Shown here one piece after another: positions 44,181-53,630 of a DNA stretch of 58,828 bases (position 1 is its first letter; each line of letters starts with the position of its first letter). Position numbers and translations under genes: made by a program. Under the pieces are notes generated by a model that had not been told where the DNA came from, made no database searches, and saw nothing but the letters and a program-made list of their open reading frames with translations. Source of the DNA: Gemmatimonadota bacterium (GTDB lineage: Bacteria; Gemmatimonadota; Gemmatimonadetes; Gemmatimonadales; GWC2-71-9). The stretch spans positions 1 through 58,828 of the forward strand of contig QHUR01000103.1 of the NCBI GenBank assembly GCA_003221995.1, written 5' to 3'.

Positions 44181-46073
44181 ATGTATTGCTCTCGCTGCGG
44201 AACCCAGAACGAGAACGCGAGCAAATTCTGTCGCTCCTGCGGCATGGACCTGACTGCCACGACGCCCGTCGGCGCGGTGCGGGACCCGCAGCAGGAGGTG
44301 ACCGACCTCGAGCTCGTTCGGGAGCAGCTCAAGGAGGAGTACGAGATCATAGAGGAGTTGGGCCGGGGGGGAATGGCGATCGTCTTCAAGGCCCGCGAGC
44401 GCCAACTCGAGCGCGACGTCGCGATCAAAGTCCTGCCGTTCTCTCTCTCCTTCGATAAAGAGTTCGTCGAGCGCTTCCAGCGGGAAGCGCGGACGTCCGC
44501 CAAGCTGGAGCACCCGAACATCATCCCGATCTACCGCGTCGGGAAGTCGGGCCGGGTGATCTTCTTCGTCATGAAGTTCCTGCGCGGCAAGCCGCTGTCA
44601 TCGGTGCTCGCCGCGCGGGGCACACTGGCGCCGCCGGAGATCCGCCAGGTCCTGGCCCAGGTCGCGCGCGCCCTCGCCTACGCGCACCGGAGCGGCATCG
44701 TCCACCGCGACATCAAGCCGGACAACATCATGTTCGATGAGCACGGCCTCGCCATGGTCACGGACTTCGGCATCGCCAAGGCCGCGACCGGGGGCAAGCT
44801 CACGGGCACGGGCATGTCCATCGGCACACCGCACTACATGAGCCCGGAGCAGGCCCGGGCCCAGGCGCTCGACGGCCGCAGCGATCTCTACTCGCTGGGC
44901 GTCGTGGCGTATCAGTGCCTCACCGGCGGCGTCCCCTTCGACGGCGAGGACTCCTTCGCGATCGGGTACAAGCACATCATGGAGGAGCTGCCGACCCCGG
45001 CGCTCGAGACGCCCGACAAGCGCAGCCTCTTCGAGGTCATCCGCAAGATGATGGCCAAGCTGCCGGACGACCGCTTCCAGAACGCCGACGACCTGGTCCA
45101 GGCGCTGGAGGGCGGGACGTTCGCTCCGTTGGCGATCGCGACGGCGCCCACCCGGGCCATTCCCTCGCTGTCGAAACTCCCGGCGGCGCTCACCACCCCG
45201 CTGCCCAAGGCCGAGCGCCCGGCGGCTCCCGCTGAACATCATCGTTCCGTGGCGGCCGCGGTGTCGATCTGGCTGTTCATCGTGCTGTCGCTCGCCGGGG
45301 GCGGGGGCTTTTACGCGTATAAGAAGGGCTGGTTGCTCGCCACGCCCGGGCCTGCCACCGGGGCGCGGGATTCGACGGCGCGCGACACCAGCGCCGCGGC
45401 CGACAGCGCCCGCCGCGCCGACTCGAGCGGCGCGCTTGCGAGCGCCGACACCGGGGGGACGGGGGGGACGGGGGGGACGGGGCACGACGCGTCCCGCTCC
45501 CACCAGCCAGCCCCCCCACCCCCTCCCGGCACGCCCGGGCGGCTGACGCTCCAGGGCGTGCCGCAGGGCGCGCGCGTCACCCTGAACGGCCAGCCGGTGC
45601 GAGGGCCGCAGCTCGATGTCCCGCCGGGGGTCTACAAGCTCGCGGTGCGCGCGGGTGGCTATGAGCCGTACGAGCGGCAGGTGGTCGTGCCTCCGGGAGC
45701 GCCGCTCACCGTGCGGGTCGAGCTCCAGGCGGCCGTCGCGAGCGACGAGAGCGGGGGGGGGCCGTGCGACGCCTACGGACCGGCGTACAATCAGGACAAG
45801 GTCTGTTTCGATACCCGGCCCATCCCGCTGCAGCCTGCGCTCGTCCCGGTCCCCGGCGACGCGCCGGTTTTCCCCCGGCCGGCCATCCTGCTGTTCCACG
45901 TGTCGCGCAACGGCGAGACGCAAGAAGTGCGGGTGTTCGTGCGGTCCAACGTGGAGACCTTCAACGACCAGGCGCTCGACCTCGCGAAGACCCTGCGGTG
46001 GAACCCGGCGCTCAAGAACGGCGAACCCGTGGACGCCTGGGTGCAGTACCCCGTGAACCCCACGAGGGAGTAA
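44181..46073 (+). CDS. Ser/Thr protein kinase: N-terminal zinc ribbon, kinase domain, TM, PEGA domain, TonB-C-like domain
   Basis: CSRCG...CRSCG; kinase motifs GRGGMAIVFKA, HRDIKPDNIM, DFG and SPEQ; TM AAAVSIWLFIVLSLAGGGGFYAY; PEGA-like GRLTLQGVPQGARVTLNG...; C-terminal ...LLFHVSRNGETQEVRVF...NDQALDLAKTLRWNPALKNGEPVDAWVQYPV resembles TonB C-terminal domains. Confidence 0.93.
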   Translation: MYCSRCGTQNENASKFCRSCGMDLTATTPVGAVRDPQQEVTDLELVREQLKEEYEIIEELGRGGMAIVFKARERQLERDVAIKVLPFSLSFDKEFVERFQREARTSAKLEHPNIIPIYRVGKSGRVIFFVMKFLRGKPLSSVLAARGTLAPPEIRQVLAQVARALAYAHRSGIVHRDIKPDNIMFDEHGLAMVTDFGIAKAATGGKLTGTGMSIGTPHYMSPEQARAQALDGRSDLYSLGVVAYQCLTGGVPFDGEDSFAIGYKHIMEELPTPALETPDKRSLFEVIRKMMAKLPDDRFQNADDLVQALEGGTFAPLAIATAPTRAIPSLSKLPAALTTPLPKAERPAAPAEHHRSVAAAVSIWLFIVLSLAGGGGFYAYKKGWLLATPGPATGARDSTARDTSAAADSARRADSSGALASADTGGTGGTGGTGHDASRSHQPAPPPPPGTPGRLTLQGVPQGARVTLNGQPVRGPQLDVPPGVYKLAVRAGGYEPYERQVVVPPGAPLTVRVELQAAVASDESGGGPCDAYGPAYNQDKVCFDTRPIPLQPALVPVPGDAPVFPRPAILLFHVSRNGETQEVRVFVRSNVETFNDQALDLAKTLRWNPALKNGEPVDAWVQYPVNPTRE

Positions 46074-46114
46074 TCAACATCCATCGGAGCGCCTTCATCG
46101 CCCCGGGCGCCGTC

Positions 46115-46579
46115 GTGCTGGGGGACGTGACGCTCGGCGCGCGCGCGAGCGTCTGGTATGGGGCCGTGCTGCGCGGCGATATGGCGCCGATCAGGGTCGG
46201 TGAGGCCAGCAACGTGCAGGACGGCTCGATCATTCACGTGGACGAGGGGCTTCCCGCGACGATCGGCGCCCGCGTGGGCATCGGGCACCGCGCCGTGCTA
46301 CACGGCTGCACGGTCGAGGACGAATGCCTGATCGGGATGGGGAGCATCTTGCTGAACGACGCGCGGATCGGGACGGGGAGCGTGGTGGCCGCGGGGGCCG
46401 TCGTGCCGGAGGGGATGGTGGTCCCGCCCGGTTCGCTCGTGGTCGGCGTCCCCGGCCGCGTGGTGCGGCCCGTGGACGCGATCCTGCAGCAGCGCATCCG
46501 TGGCACGTGGGAGCACTACATAGCGGAGGCCGAGCGGCACCGGGCCGGGAACTTCCCGGTGGCGAGAACCAGTTTGTGA
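46115..46579 (+). CDS. Gamma-carbonic-anhydrase-like hexapeptide-repeat protein (start unresolved)
   Basis: VWYGAVLRGD...IRVGEASNVQDGSIIH...IGHRAVLHGC...IGMGSILL. Family similarity (RSAFIAPGAVV) extends upstream to 46073, where no ATG/GTG/TTG exists. GTG 46115 is the first canonical start. Confidence 0.8.
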   Translation: MLGDVTLGARASVWYGAVLRGDMAPIRVGEASNVQDGSIIHVDEGLPATIGARVGIGHRAVLHGCTVEDECLIGMGSILLNDARIGTGSVVAAGAVVPEGMVVPPGSLVVGVPGRVVRPVDAILQQRIRGTWEHYIAEAERHRAGNFPVARTSL

Positions 46580-46753
46580 TGTGAATACCGGAACGCCTCG
46601 ACAGCGCGCGGCTCCTCTGGCGGCTTGCCCGGCGGGAGCGGCCTGTCTACCTTGCCCATCCGCGCCGTCGCGCCGGTCCGCGCGTAGCTAAATTCACCAC
46701 ACGGACGCACGAGCTGTCCTCGGGCCGCTCTTACCGCAGAGGGACGAGCAAGC

Positions 46754-49225
46754 ATGACCGTTTCCACCCGCAAGGGGATGCTGGACCTGACCCCCAACGC
46801 CATCACCGTGCTCGAGCGGCGCTACCTGGTCAAAGACGACCACGGGGCCCCCGTCGAGGGGCCGGAGGACCTGTTCTGGCGGGTCGCGCGCACCGTCGCC
46901 GCCCCGGACGCGCGCTACGGCGCGTCCGCCGGAGCGGTCGAGACCTTGGCCGAGGCCTTCTTCGAGCTGATGGCGACCCGCGTGTGGATGCCGAACTCGC
47001 CCACCCTCATGAACGCCGGCCGCCCGCTGGGCCAGCTGTCGGCCTGCTTCGTGCTGCCCGTGGATGACTGTCTCTCGGACGGTAAGAGCGGGATCTACGA
47101 CACCCTCCGCGCCATGGCGCTCGTGCATCAATCGGGCGGCGGGACGGGCTTCTCGTTCTCCCGGTTGCGGCCCAAGAACGACGTCGTGCGCTCCACGATG
47201 GGCGTCGCCTCGGGGCCGGTCTCCTTCATGAAGCTGTACGACGCCTCGACCGACGTAGTGAAGCAGGGCGGCACGCGCCGCGGCGCCAACATGGGGATCC
47301 TGCGGGTCGACCACCCGGACATTCTCGAGTTCATCACCTGCAAGGACGATCTCACCCAGGTCACGAACTTCAACATCTCGGTCGCGGTCACGGACGCGTT
47401 CATGCGGGCACTGGAGCAGGGGACGAGCTACGACCTGATCCATCCCCGCACCCAGCAGGTCGTCGGCCAGCTCGACGCCCGGGACGTGTTCCGCAAGATC
47501 GTGCACGGCGCCTGGAAGACCGGCGAGCCGGGCGTGTACTTCATCGATAGGGCAAACCACTACAACCCCGTCCCCCACCTCGGCGGCTACGAGGCGACGA
47601 ACCCTTGCGGAGAGCAGCCGCTCCTCCCGTACGACGTCTGCAACCTCGGGTCGATCAACGTCGGCCTGTTCGTGCGGGACGGGGGAGGGGGAGTCGATTG
47701 GGAGCGGCTCCGCGCCGTGGTGCAGCTGTGCACGCACTTCCTCGACAACGTCATCGACGCGAACAAGTATCCGCTCCCCGAGATCGACGACCTGGCGCAG
47801 CGCATCCGCCGCATCGGGCTCGGCATCATGGGGTGGGCGGACTTGCTGGTGCGCCTCGGGATTCCCTACAACTCCGACGAGGCGGTAGCGCTCGGCCGCA
47901 GGATGATGCAATTCGTGGATGAGGAAGCGAAGCTCGCCTCGGAGCGGCTGGCGGAACAGCGGGGCGTTTTCCCCGAATGGGAGCGGTCGATCTGGGGGCC
48001 CGACGCCACGTGCGCCCGCGGGCCGACGGGGGAGCGCATCCGGCCGCTGCGGCGGCTGCGGAACTGCAACCTCACGACCGTGGCGCCGACGGGCACGATC
48101 TCCATCATCGCCGGGTGCGCCTCCGGGATCGAGCCGCTCTTCGCCGTGGCGTTCATGCGGAACCAGGCCGGCGTCCTGATGCCCGACGTGAACGAGGATT
48201 TCGTGGCGATCGCGCGGCGGGAAGGCTGGTACTCAGACGAGGTGGTGCAGCGCATCGCCGCCGCGGGCCACATCCACTTCGACGAGGTCCCGGCCAAGTG
48301 GCAGCGCGTGTTCGTCACGGCGCACGATGTCACGCCGGAGTGGCACATCCGGATGCAGGCCGCCTTCCAGGAGTTCACCGACTCGGCGATCTCCAAGACG
48401 TGCAACTTCCCGCACGACGCCACCGAGGCGGACGTCGAGCAGATCTACCGCCTCGCCTTCGCGCTGGGGTGCAAGGGCGTGACCGTCTACCGGGATGGGG
48501 CCCGCGAGGGTCAGGTGCTCTCCACGGGCTCGACCGCGAAGCAGGTGCACGGGCAGGCGTCGACGACGGGCGGGCAGGGCGCCCTCGCCGAGGCGCTGGG
48601 GCGCATCGCCGAGCTCGACGCCGAGCTCGCGCGCACGCGCGACCAGCTGCACGAGGTGGAGGCGGAGAACCTGCAGCGTCGTGCCAAGCGCTCGCGCCCC
48701 GAGCTGCTCAAGGGCTCGACCAGGCGGGTGGAAACGCCGCTCGGCACGATGTACGTCACCATCACGGAGGACGACCGGAGCCAGCCGTTCGAGGTGTTCA
48801 TCTCGCTCGGCAAGGCGGGCGGCGCCCTCATGGCCGACGTCGAAGCGATCGGGCGACTCATCTCGCTCGCCTTGCGCTCCGGCATTCCGCTCAAGGAGAT
48901 CTACCGGCAGCTGCGCGGCATCTCGTCCGACCGCGCCGTCGGCCTCGGGCCCCACAAGGTGCTGTCGGTGCCCGACGCGATCGGGATCGCGTTCGAGAAG
49001 TGGATGCAGGACAAGCAGGGCATCCAGCAGGATCTGCTGGGCGCCGCCGCCGGTGCTCCCGCGGGCGCCGTGCCGGTCCGGGAGTCCGTCGGTGCCCGCG
49101 AGCTGCTCAGCGATCGGGGCAGGGAGCAGGAGTTTCTCGGCGCCTGCCCGGATTGCGGTTCACAGCTGACGTTCGCTGAAGGGTGCGCCAAGTGCCATGT
49201 CTGCGGCTACAGCGAGTGCGGGTGA
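46754..49225 (+). CDS. nrdJ: Adenosylcobalamin-dependent (class II) ribonucleotide reductase
   Basis: 823-aa ORF with VLERRYL, PNSPTLMNAG, ACFVLP, GGGTGFSFSRLRP, NPCGEQPL and TVAPTGTIS. The C-terminal Cys cluster is CPDCG...CAKCHVCGYSECG. Confidence 0.95.
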   Translation: MTVSTRKGMLDLTPNAITVLERRYLVKDDHGAPVEGPEDLFWRVARTVAAPDARYGASAGAVETLAEAFFELMATRVWMPNSPTLMNAGRPLGQLSACFVLPVDDCLSDGKSGIYDTLRAMALVHQSGGGTGFSFSRLRPKNDVVRSTMGVASGPVSFMKLYDASTDVVKQGGTRRGANMGILRVDHPDILEFITCKDDLTQVTNFNISVAVTDAFMRALEQGTSYDLIHPRTQQVVGQLDARDVFRKIVHGAWKTGEPGVYFIDRANHYNPVPHLGGYEATNPCGEQPLLPYDVCNLGSINVGLFVRDGGGGVDWERLRAVVQLCTHFLDNVIDANKYPLPEIDDLAQRIRRIGLGIMGWADLLVRLGIPYNSDEAVALGRRMMQFVDEEAKLASERLAEQRGVFPEWERSIWGPDATCARGPTGERIRPLRRLRNCNLTTVAPTGTISIIAGCASGIEPLFAVAFMRNQAGVLMPDVNEDFVAIARREGWYSDEVVQRIAAAGHIHFDEVPAKWQRVFVTAHDVTPEWHIRMQAAFQEFTDSAISKTCNFPHDATEADVEQIYRLAFALGCKGVTVYRDGAREGQVLSTGSTAKQVHGQASTTGGQGALAEALGRIAELDAELARTRDQLHEVEAENLQRRAKRSRPELLKGSTRRVETPLGTMYVTITEDDRSQPFEVFISLGKAGGALMADVEAIGRLISLALRSGIPLKEIYRQLRGISSDRAVGLGPHKVLSVPDAIGIAFEKWMQDKQGIQQDLLGAAAGAPAGAVPVRESVGARELLSDRGREQEFLGACPDCGSQLTFAEGCAKCHVCGYSECG

Positions 49226-49335
49226 GCGCCGGGCCGGGGTGCGGCGCCCCCGCAGCGGTCGGCCATCGAGCGCTGACCCTGCCTGGTGTGACTCGAATCA
49301 CGACACTTTAGGAAACCGCACGTTAGCCATTAAGC

Positions 49336-49719
49336 ATGACGACCGGCCACATCACTCCCACTCGGATTCAGGCTAAGGGATGGGCTCGCGTTGGCAGAGC
49401 GGGCGCCCACCTGCTGCGCCGCGGCGCGTGGTATCCCGTCGTGCGCATCTCTTCCAGCCACATCGTCGTGCTCGACGTGAATCGCCGCAACGTTCCGGTG
49501 GACCGCCGGTTTCTCGAGATCCGGTATCACCCGCCCGAGCGCTGGAGCATCGTGCGCTGCGAGCCGCGCGAGATCCAGCGCGTGGGCCGGCCGTTCCCGC
49601 TCACCTACGGCGTGTGCCCGAGCTGCCGCCACCGGCAGGCGTTCGACGGGGATGCGAAGGAGCTCACCTGCGACCGCTGCCACAAGAGCGCGGGGCTGGC
49701 GTGGGACGAACTTAGTTAG
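49336..49719 (+). CDS. Hypothetical zinc-ribbon protein, paralog A
   Basis: 127 aa. GWARV..LLRRGAWYPVV...WSIV...YGVCPSCRHRQAFDG...LTCDRC...WDE. Clear paralog of 50419..50781. Confidence 0.65.
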   Translation: MTTGHITPTRIQAKGWARVGRAGAHLLRRGAWYPVVRISSSHIVVLDVNRRNVPVDRRFLEIRYHPPERWSIVRCEPREIQRVGRPFPLTYGVCPSCRHRQAFDGDAKELTCDRCHKSAGLAWDELS

Positions 49720-49739
49720 AGACCCGTGAGAAGCCGGGA

Positions 49740-49792
49740 AAAGGCCGGGGAAGGGGGAAGGGGCCACAACCCTTCCCCCTTCCCCGGCCTTT
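49740..49792. repeat. Perfect 23-bp-stem GGGGAA-type heptamer hairpin between convergent genes
   Basis: AAAGGCCGGGGAAGGGGGAAGGG (49740-49762) pairs without mismatch to 49770-49792, with a 7-nt loop. The right arm ends at the first base of the MOSC stop codon. Confidence 0.9.
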
Positions 49793-50376
49793 CACCGTTC
49801 GACGAGCACGAGCCGGTCCCCCAGAGAAACGATCCCCGCTCCCTCCCCGCGACAGTAAAACCCCCGCGTCCCTCCGTCCAGGAACTGGAGGTGGGACTTG
49901 AGGACCTCGCTCTCCACCACGTTGCCCAGGGCCCAACCGGTGAACGGTCTGCAGGGGTGAGCGACCTCGAGCACGCTGAGGCGCACGACCTCCGCCCCGC
50001 CCGCCTCGACGCAGATTACGCCTGCGGCGAGGTCCTCCAGCGTGAACCGTCGGCTCGTCTCCACGATGATGTTCTCCCCCGCACACCCCAGGGTGATGCG
50101 CTCGCCGAAGCGCTGCCGCATCGCGCCGTAGTGTGACGTGAACCCGACCGAGACGCCGTGCAGCCCGTCCGGGTTCTTGGTCCGTGGGTGCGCTCGGTGG
50201 TGCACGTCCACGATCCAGGACTGGTCCTCACCCTCGCCCAGCACGCCGTCGCCGTCCACGGCGAGGCGCCGAACCGAGAGGACGGGAGAGGGGTCGTACA
50301 CGCGGTGAGGCTTCTCGCCCGTCTTCAAGGACGCGCGCTGGATTTGCAGTCGCACGACGGCGCCGATCTCGCGCAT
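49792..50376 (-). CDS. MOSC-domain-like protein
   Basis: 194 aa from ATG 50376 (MREIGAVVRLQIQ...). LGCAGENIIVE...VLEVAHPCRPF fits the MOSC GENL/PC pattern. The track ORF extends to 50691 over paralog B. Confidence 0.65.
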   Translation of the reverse strand: MREIGAVVRLQIQRASLKTGEKPHRVYDPSPVLSVRRLAVDGDGVLGEGEDQSWIVDVHHRAHPRTKNPDGLHGVSVGFTSHYGAMRQRFGERITLGCAGENIIVETSRRFTLEDLAAGVICVEAGGAEVVRLSVLEVAHPCRPFTGWALGNVVESEVLKSHLQFLDGGTRGFYCRGEGAGIVSLGDRLVLVER

Positions 50377-50418
50377 AACGAAACCTAACGAAAAGTGATA
50401 TGATGGTGGCTCTGGCCT

Positions 50419-50781
50419 ATGGGCGAGCTCGGCTGGGCGCGGTGCCTCGACAACGTGGCGGACATCCTCCGCCGCGGGGCGTGGTATCCTGTCGTGGAGG
50501 AGACGGGCGACGGTCACCTCGTCGTGTCGGTCCGCGATGAGCGCGTCCGGCTCAGCCGGCACGACGTGCGCGTGCGCCCCGACGCCCCCACGCACTGGAG
50601 CGTCGTGGTCCGCACCGGCGTCCTCCGGCCCACCCTGGGAGGGAGGGGGATGGAGGTCGTGACGACGTACGCCGTGTGCCCCCACTGCCACGAGCGCCAG
50701 GACTTCAGCGGCAAGCCCGATACGATGATCTGCCGGCGCTGCGGCCGGACGTCGTCGGTGGACTGGTCGGAGACCTGTTGA
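50419..50781 (+). CDS. Hypothetical zinc-ribbon protein, paralog B
   Basis: 120 aa. GWARC..ILRRGAWYPVV...WSVV...YAVCPHCHERQDFSG...MICRRCG...WSE. Confidence 0.65.
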   Translation: MGELGWARCLDNVADILRRGAWYPVVEETGDGHLVVSVRDERVRLSRHDVRVRPDAPTHWSVVVRTGVLRPTLGGRGMEVVTTYAVCPHCHERQDFSGKPDTMICRRCGRTSSVDWSETC

Positions 50782-50783
50782 CG

Positions 50784-50940
50784 GAAGACATCAGACATCA
50801 GACGTCAGCCCTGCGCGCCCCCCCGATTGTGTACCGCGAGGCCTTGCGCCGCGGCGGCAATGTATTTAGCATGTTGACAATCAATATATTAATTATTTTA
50901 CCGGACCGGCTGATGTCCAACGTCTGATGTCTGACGTCTC
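50784..50940. repeat. 157-bp element: GACATCA-heptamer inverted arms flanking an AT-rich core, abutting the marR ATG
   Basis: The left arm has (GACATCA)x2-GACGTCA (50787-50807). The right arm (50908-50940) is the inverted complement with 4 units. The core 50859-50900 is nearly pure A/T and contains TTGACA (50874-50879) and the 12/14 palindrome ATCAATATATTAAT (50880-50893). Confidence 0.75.
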
Positions 50941-51402
50941 ATGATTGACCGTTCCGAGCTGGCCCTGCAACTCACCGACGCCGTGAGCGCGGCCTACACG
51001 GTCATCCAGCGGGCCGGAGATCGGGCGTTTCGCGCCTTCGGGCTGTCGCACCGCGCCCACGCTGCCCTTACGGCGGTCGACCGGGGGGGCGGCGACGGTG
51101 CCCGCCCCAAGGAGATCGCGGAGTCCCTCGGCGTGTCGCGGGCCGCCGCCACGACCTTCGTGCAGCGGCTCGAGGCGAAGGGGCTCGTCGAGACGACGCC
51201 CGATCTCGAGGACGACCGCGGGGTGCGCGTCACCCTCACCCGGCGCGGGCTCGAAGTGCTGCTGCGGGTCGGCCAGCTGGAGCGGCGGCTCGGGGCCCGG
51301 GCGATCGAGGGGATGCCCGCCACGACGATCAGCCGCGCCGTCCACGCCTTGGAGGAGTTCAAGCGTCGCCTCGACGCGAAGCAGATCAGCGTGGTCCACT
51401 AG
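50941..51402 (+). CDS. MarR-family transcriptional regulator
   Basis: 153-aa ORF with the winged-HTH pattern PKEIAESLGVSRAAATTFVQRLEAKGLVE...DDRGVRVTLTRRG. Confidence 0.88.
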   Translation: MIDRSELALQLTDAVSAAYTVIQRAGDRAFRAFGLSHRAHAALTAVDRGGGDGARPKEIAESLGVSRAAATTFVQRLEAKGLVETTPDLEDDRGVRVTLTRRGLEVLLRVGQLERRLGARAIEGMPATTISRAVHALEEFKRRLDAKQISVVH

Positions 51403-51417
51403 GCGGCGGGAGAGGAC

Positions 51418-52821
<1,404 letters not shown>

Positions 52822-52822
52822 C

Positions 52823-53605
52823 GTGCGCCTGACCTTTCTCGGCACCGGCACGTCCTACGGCGTGCCGCAGATCGGCTGCCGCTGCCGTACCTGCACCTCG
52901 ACCGACCCGCGGGACAAGCGCACGCGCACTGCCGCCGTGATCGAGTCCAGGGGCCGGCGGCTGCTGATCGACACCCCGCCCGAGCTGCGCCTGCAGCTCG
53001 TGGCGGCGGGCGTCACGGGGATCGACGCCGTGCTGTTCACGCACGCCCACGCCGATCACGTACACGGCATCGACGATCTGCGCGCGATCTCCGTGAAGCA
53101 CCACGCCGCGGTGGCGGCGTACGGCCCAGCCGCGACGCTCAGCGAGCTCGCGACGCGGTTTTCCTACATCTTCGATCCGGCGGTGCGTGTCCAGCCGGGC
53201 ACGAGCAAGCCCGAGCTCGTCGCCTATCCACTCGCGGCGGACCGGGAGACGGAGATCGCCGGGATACCGGTGCGCCCGCTGCCCCTGCCGCACGGGGATC
53301 GTGCGGTGTTCGGCTACCGCGTGGGGCCGCTCGCCTACCTCACCGACGCGAAGGCGATTCCCGACGACGTGCGCGCCGCGCTCACGGGGCTCGACGTGCT
53401 GGTGTTGAACGCGCTGCTCCCGCGGCCGCATCCGCTGCACCTCTCGATTCCCGAGGCCGTCGCCGTCGCACAACAGCTGGGCGCGCGGCGCACCTTCCTG
53501 ACGCATCTCACACACGCGACGCCGCACGCCGAGCTCGCGGCGAGCCTGCCGGCGGGGATCGCCCCCGCGTACGACGGCCTAGTCATCGAGGTGAGCGCGG
53601 CCTAG
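52823..53605 (+). CDS. MBL-fold metallo-hydrolase (PhnP-like)
   Basis: 260-aa ORF with FLGTGTSYGVPQIGCRCRTC and HAHADHVHGIDDLR. Confidence 0.85.
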   Translation: MRLTFLGTGTSYGVPQIGCRCRTCTSTDPRDKRTRTAAVIESRGRRLLIDTPPELRLQLVAAGVTGIDAVLFTHAHADHVHGIDDLRAISVKHHAAVAAYGPAATLSELATRFSYIFDPAVRVQPGTSKPELVAYPLAADRETEIAGIPVRPLPLPHGDRAVFGYRVGPLAYLTDAKAIPDDVRAALTGLDVLVLNALLPRPHPLHLSIPEAVAVAQQLGARRTFLTHLTHATPHAELAASLPAGIAPAYDGLVIEVSAA

Positions 53606-53630
53606 ATTCCGCCGCAGGGAGGGCCCGTTC

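Noticed and set aside
46580-46753. A possible cobalamin riboswitch or NrdR boxes upstream of nrdJ.
   Set aside because: I could not find the B12-box-like core or a 16-bp NrdR-type palindrome (acaCwAtATaTwGtgt-like). Only a TAGCTA box without a matching -35 is present. A covariance-model scan would be needed to be certain.
50784-50940. Calling the 157-bp inverted-repeat block a MITE.
   Set aside because: No target-site duplication is evident, there is no second copy in the window, and no transposase. The arms are tandem heptamers like the other hairpins. It is kept as a repeat with the mobile-element idea only as a hypothesis.
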